A stretch of 64,000 bases of DNA from Haplodiscus bocki (taxonomy: Eukaryota). Each line of letters begins with the position of its first letter. Position 1 is the first letter of the stretch. The position numbers and the translations under genes were made by a program. The stretch covers positions 53,134,001 to 53,198,000 of the forward strand of contig OZ296650.1 in the NCBI GenBank assembly GCA_965655095.1, written 5' to 3'. Under the pieces are notes generated by a model. That model did no database searches, had not been told where the DNA came from, and saw nothing but the letters and a program-made list of their open reading frames with translations. Shown in pieces: positions 37,300 through 47,700 of this stretch.

Positions 37300-38960
37300 A
37301 ACAGAAACTCCAGCAATTAACTCAATTGATTCTTTACATACTGAAAACAAGCGCGCACGATAGAAAACACGCCACGAGAACAATTTTTCGCAACTGCTCG
37401 AGAGCGCATGAACAATTTTCTTGCAAAGAAGCGAGAGCACATGAACAACATCTCGGAATATTACAATCTAGGAACAAATGCAAGTTGTGAAGGGATCAGT
37501 AAAAAGCCGGTGAGAAACACTTGCATGCGCAAGTGTAACACAGAGACAAAGCGCAGATTCGCAAAGCTGGCAACTTAAATTCGCAACACAATTACCGGTT
37601 TTACCAGGAGCATCATCGGAAGGCTTGTCGATAAAAAGTGCAAAATTTTTCGAAATTATCCAAAGAATTTATGCCTCGTTAATATGTGAAAAAAGCCAGA
37701 CAGTAATACCATTTGTGGGATTACTCTCAGCAGCTGCGAAACTCTTTCTTCAGAAACTACAAAGATACAGCTCTCACAAAAGACAATTTTACTTTGTATT
37801 CGAAAACTAAACCAACCAATAAATCTGTAGACTGAGATGTTCGTAAAATAGCAATTTTCAGCAGTTTTTGGCTATGTCTGGAGCACCAGCAGTCAAAAAA
37901 GCAAATTCTCGTTTGCCTCCGAAACACGGAAAATCTCAAAATTAAAAAAAACTATGGAACTTCTTGCGTTATTGAGCTATATTTGTGCTTCTGTGTCCGA
38001 TTAGTGCAAGAAAGTTGACATGGGAAAGAAAACGGCAAAAAAGGCAGAAAACTGCGATGCTCACTTTATAGCGTCAAAAACGTCTTTTCAATTATTGATA
38101 AACTTTTATATGGAAGAAATCTGCAGAAGCTCTGCAATTTTCTAGATTTGCTCTTCCGTAGTACTAGGGTAGAAAAGCGGCAAGAAATCTCATATGGATC
38201 TGAAAATTGCGAAAACTCTGGGAAAATAGCTACCTTTAGCCAAATATAAAACACTCAATTCCCCACTTTTTGAGAAGAACTTCCAAAATTGAAATAGATT
38301 CCCCAGAAATGAATGCTTCCTATTGATCAATGCTTTATGCGTAGCTAAAGAGATGATTCCTGAGCTTTGAGTGAGAAATTGGCTAAAACAGCGAAAGTTA
38401 GCAAGTTAGCAACTTCTGCAAAAAGACAACGCAAAACTTGCAATATTTCCAATAACAACACCAAAACTTCCAAACTGTATACTTTGGCGTACATTGCGTC
38501 GAATTATGGCGAGAACGTTGACTTGCTAAAACGAAAAATACCTAATGATAGGTGGCACTTAAGAAAACTTATTGTCAACGGTCGAAAATTTAGTTCAATT
38601 TGGAACGTCATTATTGTATTTTATGAAAATTTCACATCTAGGCGAAATAGTCCATTTATTTCAGATACATCAATTTGGAGTGAAATTCTAAGAAAAATTA
38701 AAAGCAGAAAACATCTCACCCAAGTGAAAAAAAATTGAATTTAGTGATTGAAAAAAGCCAAAACTGACAGAGAAAATCGAACCCCCAAAGAAATTTGGTC
38801 GCGAAGGGATTCGAGCCCCGATGGTCGTAATAGTCGAGACCACATGGCCGTCGTCACTAACCACTACGCCAACAGGTACCTGCTTGTTCAGTTACAAGGA
38901 AGTAAGCCAAGCAGCACAAACTATTGCCTTAAATGCCAAATACATGTCGTCAACTATACG
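37300..38960. repeat. Decayed dispersed repeat, patchily homologous to 45850-47020
   Basis: Collinear shared words TACTAGGG (38163/46497), CATTGCGTCGAA (38492/46777) and TTAA(A)TGCC (38929/47003). Confidence 0.4.
38795..38875 (-). pseudogene. tRNA pseudogene or tRNA-derived SINE-like head
   Basis: Minus strand TGGCGTAGTGGTTAG (A box) ... GGGGCTCGAATCCC (B box/T arm) ... GCGACCA; acceptor and anticodon stems do not pair properly. Confidence 0.55.
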
Positions 38961-41171
38961 ACACAAGCTCGCCGAACGTGATGAGCTGGTGGTTCCAATT
39001 TAAACACAAGCACTGCACCCATAACTCGACAAAAGTAGGTAGAAATCGCTGGAGAAGTTTTAGCCCTAAGAGGAGAGCCCAGGAATAGGTTGCTCTGATG
39101 CCTCGTAAAAAAGTTATCGGCATTGAAGGTTAGAAAGTTGGGAGATCTCACGTTGGGAAATAGAAACAAAACCACAAAAATTGCAAACAGCACACTAATG
39201 GGCATTCTGGCAACCGTTCGAAGCCCGAAACAATGCCCGGAAACTTTTCTTCAAGGACTTGCCAACTTTTCCTGAGATTTTGTCTAGTGCTGCGAGTTGC
39301 TGGATTCGATCACACTTATGAACAATTTCGTATAAAAAGTTGGTTACATCTTCAGCAGGCGGTGATAAAGAAATGCGACTCCGTATTCTTTAGCTCTGCA
39401 AATTTTGAATAAATCAATAAATATTAGATTTTCAAAGTATACAAAGGTACCCAAAGGAAGTTCTTTGAAAAGCCTATCAGAAGGTTATTTTATTAGCCAA
39501 CAGTAAAGGGAGCAACAATTTAAAAAATCCGTCAAACTCAGCCGTCTTAACTATGTATGCATTGCCTATGAGCACTAAATTTGGCAATTTTTCTCAAAAT
39601 TATCATTAATAATGAACAATTTTGTTCTTTTACATCTTCTCTAGAAGTTTCAACTTCTACACTTTTTTCGGAAAAACTACGTTCAAATAAAGTAAGCCAA
39701 AAAGCAAAATGAAAGTTTGAAGCCTATTATAAGTATTTCCCATTTTTCGGTATTAAAAACTGCTAAATTTCGGACCATTTTTCAATCTTTAAATCAAACC
39801 ACCAAGGCGCATATTTTGAGCACTTGATTACATTTACTTGATATTACATTATTTAGTATTCCAAATTGACAAAATCGGTAAAACAATTAATTTATCTCAA
39901 GAATTGCATCTTCTGAACTTCCGCAATATTGTCCTCAAAATTTACAAAGACCATTGTAATCTACGGTAAATATCAAGAAGCTTTTGTTCGTGTAAATTTT
40001 TTTCTAAAATGATTAGGTTTTGAATTTTGAGTGCTTAAAATTGACGTAAAATGAAAGACTGGCTGCAATTCTTTATCACACTACTGTATGCTCAACGTCC
40101 GCAATCTCGCCATAATTATTTTATCCCACGCATGTGAATCTTGAGTTTATTAGAAAGTACATTGGAAAAGACATTCTAATACGTGCCTGACAAAAAAGTC
40201 TATTGTCTAATTTCACCTATTATACAAGTAAAACAACTTTAATTGAGCATCGCTTTCAAAGAACTGACCGGCAATTAAGAAAATTGTTTCAACCTTCACA
40301 TTCAATCCAGTCGTGTCAAAATAGCTATAAGCATACCTCTTCTGATACGCATTTCGTTATCGTGACTCGCTTTTATCGTTGAAATATCCAAGTGATTACT
40401 TCACAAAAAGCTGCTATTTATTATGAAAAATGATTGCTTAGTGGCTTACCTAGGATGATATGCCAATAAAGACTTGTAGTATCTTATAAGAGTGATCAAA
40501 ATTAAGTAAAGGCATTGGGTGCAGAAACAAACGCGATGTTCGCGAGATAATATCTTTATCATTTGTGAGCCACGCATCGAATCTGTACATAATCATGACG
40601 TAAGAATGCGGTGATTTGGAATGACTATGGGTTTATTGAATCAGCTCAATAGACAGACGAGCAAAAAGCAGAAAAAATTCCGATAGACTTTCAAGTAACT
40701 CGCCTCAAAGCGAACTGCTACAACCACACTGTTTATTCTGTTTTTCGGCCCAATCCCAGATGGAACAGTCTGCCTATTAAATTTTATCGGGTTCCTTTCA
40801 AATTCACGTCAGCAAAACTATGAAAGACTATGCATTCTAACTGAATCAGATAAAAAATATACTAGAATGAAAGGGGCAACTAAGAGTGAGAATACACAGG
40901 GCAAGTATCAGAACCAAGGCTCTGACACTAAATCATGTTCTCTAGACCTCTAGCCATCAAAATGTGGCAAGTTGACTACATTAAGGAATACAGAATTCTA
41001 GTTGATATTTGATTAATGTGTAAACTCCGGCGAGGCAGAAAAAAAATCCAGAAAAACTAATCAATGGTTATTTCAACGTGAAGAGAATCCGAATCAAAGT
41101 CCTGAACCAAATTCAAGGCGTGGTACATGGTGGCAGCAGTGTTAATTTTTTCAAAGTAGCATCAGCTGAAA

Positions 41172-43020
41172 CATCCAAGGCGGATAGGACTTCAAAAACT
41201 TTTCGAAGCGGGAAATTCATTGTTCCTGCTACTTAGGAATAAAGGAATTAAAAAGTTCGAAAGAGTTCCTCATAAGCAAAATCAGAAAGGAATGATAAAG
41301 GATGACTAACACTTCAGTTTGGCAAACTAGCCGGATCTATTCCGTTGGGTACAACTTTTACCTTGATTCCGAGAAAACCAGGAAAGAAGGATTCAGGTGG
41401 CAAGGTAATCCTTTGTAAAACGTTATGAAGTACAGTACAAGAAATATGTAACGAAAAAAAATCATCTCACCGCCTTAAGAAGGTCATTTCTGTTATCCTA
41501 AACAGCAACGCAAAGCAAACTTATAGTACAATTAAATTAATTTTGCAGAAACATCGTCAGCAAAAAAATCAAGTTCACTCCGGCACAACTGGAAGAGTTC
41601 CGCTAATTATCGTAGAAAAAAGTTTCAAGGCTATCGGTGCCAAAACTAAACTAATCATCGCAACAAAAGACAATCATTGAGAACGAAAGATTGATCTCAT
41701 CTAATAAGAAACAGAAAAACCCAAAAAAATGGCGTACGTGGCAGCAGAAACACAAGCGCACTTTTAACCCGATTTTAAAAAACCTCGGATTAGAATCGCA
41801 ATCTTTCAACGCAACTTCCACTGCCGTTCACCCTACTTACATTATCATCCCAAACCCCAGATCTCAATTCGAAAGAATCTCCATTTTCAAGATTTTCTTA
41901 TTTGCTTTGCTCCTAGAGTTATAGAAAAGCCTTCCGCGGATACTAACCCGCATTAGAAGCGAGAACTTTAACCACTTAGCTTCGCTTGCCTTCTCCACTG
42001 CTTTCCCCTATCATCTTAACTTATACTTTCCCCTTACCCGGAAACTATCCCGGATAAGAATTGAAAGGCTGTAACCACCTCAAATTCTGCCGTCCTCACA
42101 ACTGTCTTTATCCTCGCGAACGCGTGAAAACAAGTTGGAAGATTCTAGACTTTTTCAAGATTTCTTTCATTCACTTCATTTCCACGGTTTGGGAAAAACC
42201 ACAACCTTACCCAGATACTCTAGTGGATTAGAGTAGAAAATTCTTGACCAATTAAACTGCCCATGCCATTCTCACTACTTTCCCTAACCTAATTAACCCT
42301 GGTACCCAAACCAATATAGTGTTAATGCTTTCACGATTTCCGTCATTTACTTCATTTTCACTACCACAGAATGGCCGCATTTTTACCCACGTACAAGATT
42401 TCAATAAATTTTAATACGGCCCATTTATAATCCCACCCATTCTCAATACTTAGCATGGCCTACTTAAACCCTGTACCAAAGTTGGAATATTCTCTATATT
42501 CAAAAATATTCTGATTCCCTTCGCTCCCACACATTGGGAAAGACCAAGCCCATGCTCATACACTACCTTGCATTAAAATTGACAGCCACCTCAACTTTGC
42601 GCTACTACTGCTCATTATAATGAATACCTTCATAAAAATTTGAGACTTTTCGTTTTTTAGTTTGCGGTGTCACCGACTCCACGCATAGGTGGGATGATGG
42701 CGCATAGGTTTCCTCCTAGACCCTCATTCCCTTTTCCCGAAAATTGGGTAAAAATTCGAAAGATTACAAGGTCTGACCGATGTAAAGTATATTTACCTGG
42801 AGAGCAGGTAACTTTTTCAACTTCCTTTTGATTTGCGCTCTCACAGCTTCTATGATGGTCCGTATGGTTCCTCCAATACTACCGCGCAGCTTTAGTGCCT
42901 GTCGAATAAAGTTCAAAGTTCGCACGAAATTCCTTCTTTCGGACGAGTTCGCAAATTTTCGTACGCAAAAAAAATAACCGAGTAACACTATAAGTAGTTC
43001 GTAAATTTTCCGAAGTCCTA
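41172..43020 (-). mobile_element. Helentron/DINE-like element, long complete copy
   Basis: CCAAGGCGGATAGGACTTCAAAAA ... TTTTCCGAAGTCCTA; internal repeats and core as in the other copies. Confidence 0.68.
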
Positions 43021-44416
43021 GAAAAATGCATCATGTAAGATGTTTTCCCATTCATAGCTACAGCAATGAACGTAAGCTGATTTTTTATTGACCAGTGCTG
43101 CTAAATCTAAAATAAATTTGACAAGTATCCTCTGTTCAATCGAAATAGAAATGCATAAATTTTTCATACCTTGTCTGTTCATAGACCCCCATACATATAC
43201 AGATAATTCAAATACACATTATGAAAGACTTCAACAAACATTTGAGCACCTTTTGCTCCACTTTCACACAATTTACATCCAAAGCAAGAAACTATAATAA
43301 CGCCTTCAAGGCGGCACTTTTCTAAAATGGCGGCAACATCATTTGTATAAAATATGTCTATTTGATATGGGTGCAAACGGCAAATCAATACATAGCTATG
43401 AAGTTGGCAACCAGCTGCTAACTTGCAATATTAACTGACGCACCTCCATTGAGTCAATTTATATTGTATTATTCTTGACATAATCAAGCACCGATGATCA
43501 AGTAATTTTAGAAACGGAATTCAACATCAAGATTTACAGACGGGTTTGATTTAAGTTTAATTATGCAAGCAAGTTTTACCAAAAGTCAACTTTTCAAGAA
43601 GTATAATATTATTTCATTATCAATGAAATAGGAACAGAAAATAGGCAAATAATGAGCTAGAATGTTTGTACAGCAAAGCTTCAAGCTAAATTTTGTGCAC
43701 CTACATGGGAACATTTCGAACAAAAATGAATCACAAAAGCTTAAATTTTTGCACTGTTAATCACAGAAAAGTTCTCTAAATAAGGGATCTAAAAGCAAAC
43801 TACTGATAATGAAAAGAGATCGATATGTGTACTATCGCTAAAACACTCATGGATTATTATGATTATGTGAAATGCAAAAAGAATTCTTGATAACCAGTTT
43901 GATAATACCCAAATTTGTGACATTTTAAAGATAATCATCTCGAGCGCGAAAATTCTCGCAATATAGCGGCATTAAAATTTCATCAGTCAAATCTCAGTAA
44001 AGAATTTCAGTAGTTCCATCAACTACAGTGGGGTTCAGCTAATTTTTCGAGGTACAGCGGCCCATCATAGAGTTATAGTACATGTAGTTTCAATCAAAAT
44101 AAATGAAGCTTGTAGCGTGGCTCACTTTTCGTTGATCATCCGTCACAACAGATTGCCTTCTAAATGATAATTTAAAGTGCTGATATTATTGTTCAGATGT
44201 CTTTCGACAAAATCTGGTCATTATGCATTCTTTTTCACGTTAAAATTCCCTTCTAAAAGTTGGTTGATATCACTACAATGATCGCAAACCCTCAGCTGAT
44301 TAGCCGAACTCTGTTATATTATTAGCAATCTTTAGCAGTGACAACTATGTGTTTTCTGACAACTCTTTCTAAGTGACGTTTATCATTCTGTGTATATAAT
44401 CAACCTTAGCTTTTAA

Positions 44417-44781
44417 TTATGATAGATTTGAGTGGATCATGTATCCGAAGCTGGTAGCTCCTCTCCACAACTTGTAAGCAATCGCCACTCCGATGGAGGC
44501 GCCGACCAGAATCATGATTATTCCCACTGAGATCATCATTATGAGCATGAGGTGGCTATGCCCCGTGATTTTCCCTTTCGTCAGAATCAGCTCGTAAGTA
44601 TCACCAGAAATCTCGTTCACCGATATCACCTCGAACACGTCAGTGTAATCCAAAACCGCCTTTTCAGTATCGTTTTTGTATTTTCTTTGCACTTTCAAAG
44701 ACACAAAGAAGGTCTGCGTCAATTTGCCCGTACTAGCAGCTATCACTCTTTTGTTGCTTCGCATTTCCTTTCTCTTATTCA
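44417..44781 (-). CDS. Membrane protein last exon (TM helix and cytosolic tail)
   Basis: TTCCAG acceptor, phase 1; hydrophobic helix followed by KLWRGATSFGYMIHSNLS-stop. Confidence 0.8.
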
Positions 44782-47700
44782 CTGGAAAAACCATGCGAGT
44801 TTGAAATGAAATGTCACACGAAATTCCTTATTTTGGACGAGGTCAGAAATTTTTTTCCAAAAAAAAGCCGAGTAACACTATAAACAATAAAAATACTTTG
44901 TAAAATTAAAACTTTCCGAAGTCCTAAAAAGTTAGCATCATGACTATGGAATTTAACGAAGAGCTGGTTTTTGTTGACCTTTAAATATTTTTTGGAATCA
45001 CGACTATGGCAATTAACGAAGAGCTGGTTTTTGTTGACCTTTAAATATTTTTTGGAATCACGACTATGGCAATTAACGAAGAGCTGATTTTTGTTGACAA
45101 GTGCTGTCAGTCTGATCCGAAATAATTAGAAAATTTGAAAAGTCGAACGTATCACTAGAATGAAGCTTGAAAAATTTGTGCAAAACATTTGCGGGTGAGT
45201 TTTAATCCTATCTGATGCCACAGCACTAGTAGCAAAGAACAATCGGTTGAGGGGGGATGAGTGAATAGCCATATATAGTCCTTTACTCAGCCCAACAAAA
45301 TATTACGCAATCGAGAGCCGCGATGACAATGACGTAGCCGACAGAACTTGGTTTCTTGTCGTACAGCACGCGAGTCGTGAAACAATACCGAGCGATACTG
45401 CGGGTCGATATCGAGATGCGACAATGACGTCTTAATTAATGTTCAATTGCAGAATCCTTCACAAACAAAGAGCTATCACGAAATACACCGAGCCGACAGT
45501 GACGATACATAATATAAAATACCTCAGATGTGGCAATTCACTCTCTAGGGAATACTCTTGGCATCATGACCCACCGACAATGAGGTCATCAGGGACATAT
45601 TTTCAACTCACAACTAAAAATTGTCTTCAAATTTTGTAGACCATTCCATAAATCATCGCATGTTTTCTGATCGCTATGAATTCCACTCAAAGACATCTCC
45701 TCGTCCTCTTTGTTGGTTTTATGCTTGATCTTCAATCACTGTCAGCATTCTGCGACAAGATGGAAGAAATTGAAATCACCAAAGAATGGAAAAATATTGC
45801 AATTCAAAAGTTTAAACATAGGTTACCTATTTCATAGTGATTAGTACTGTTGATCATTACAAACCTTAATGGCATCTCAAAGGAACTGTGCAGTTTGCGA
45901 GAACTCCGATATTGTCGGATTCGAAAAAGAAATGAAAACCACAAGAAAATCCCGTCAATCAATTTCTTATATGGAAGCAAGAAAATAGGGCACATGAAAG
46001 AACAATTTTTAACATCGTGGAACGCATATTTTTACAAGAAAACGCATTTATTGTTAGTTTTCCTAATATTGCGAAGAAATGCCTAGCTGTTGATTGCAAG
46101 AGTAACAGATAAGTGAAGTGGAGCTCGGCAACGCGATCACAAAAAGATCCATTTCAGTCATGATTGAAACAAAAGTACTCAGAATTCCCTCTGAAAGGTT
46201 GGTCGGCTTTAATTAACCTCGACATCGATACTAAAAACAATTAGGTACAAATTCAAAATGCCTACCAAGAAGTTGATCAGTTTGGGAAATCCATTCCTCT
46301 GATAACCTACATGAAAAAAAAAACAAAAATCCTGAGAATCCGATTTTTTCGCTACTACAGACAGTTTATACCGAAAATTATTCCACAAAACAAAATGTCA
46401 GACAGAAATCAGAAGTTTATCCAAAAACTATTACAATAGTTGAAAAATTCCCAAAAAGCAATGTGCCTAAGTTGCGAAGAGCAAGAGAAATTATCTACTA
46501 GGGCTCAAACCTGGGTGTTTCGGAGAGAAGCTGGAGAGTAAGAGTTCTCGCAACGGCGTGAAACCTCTCGGATAAAAATTGGGAACGAAGAAAACGTTAC
46601 CCTGAAATGAAAATTTTTCGTACTCCAACAAATTTAAAGATCACAATACCGAAAAAACGTACGAATCAAGAATTAAGCGCTAAGAATTTGAAATTGTGAC
46701 ATAAACCGAAATTACAGAAGTTATCAGACCGATTGCGAATACAAAATATGCGTTGAAAGAATTGAGCAAAAATTGCCATTGCGTCGAACAATCAAAGCGT
46801 CGAAAATTTAGAAGCGTTTTAAAATTTGAAAATTTTAATCGACTTTGGGTATTTTGGGTTTGGGTATTTTGTCCTGCCAGCGATTTATTGTACTCGATTC
46901 ATGTATTTGAAATCGTAAGTAAATAGCGATGAGTAGCATCCACGCTCGCTTGAGGAAGCGAAAGAGTTAATAACAAATTCAAGTAAATACATTCAGCCAA
47001 GTTTAATGCCTAAAAATTGTTTCATCGTTGCGTGCATTTTTAGTCGGCTCGCTTGAGCAAGCCCAAATATTAGCGTGACTCGTACTGTTTTCATCCACGT
47101 GAATTGACAGTTCAGATTAGGCTACAGTCGTTCACATCGGTGCTTGGCCATTTGCTTTACAAGTACCCCGTAGAACTCAAGCGTGTTACGTGAACATAGT
47201 CCGAGCAGAGCATGGACCGGTTAAAAATCATTTTTAACAGGTTAATCAATTAATTTCAACGGTTAACCGGTTAATTCCAACGGTTAACCGATTAAACCTT
47301 CAATACTGGAAAACGAAATTATATCACGAAAGTTGATACATTCATTTTCACAGTTTACCAAAATGTGTGGCAGATCATACGTTACCGTGAGCGCTTAAGC
47401 TGCTCTCAGAATTAGCACTTCAGGTTTGAATTTGTACAATTTTTCTTGCAACTTTTTCGAAACTATGAAACCTTTTATTTCTTTTCCAGCAATCGGGAGT
47501 TGCGTGAATTCGAATCCCCGATATCACAAATTCGTTGATTAACCGGTTAAAACTGTATAACCTAGTCAATGTTTTTTTAAATTGGTTAATTGATTAATTG
47601 CACATGCTCCATGAGTGCTAGGAGATCGTAAAAAGTAACTTTGCAGAGTTCCAACTGATGTTGCGTGATTTCGGAAAAAGAAATGAAAACGGAGAAAACA

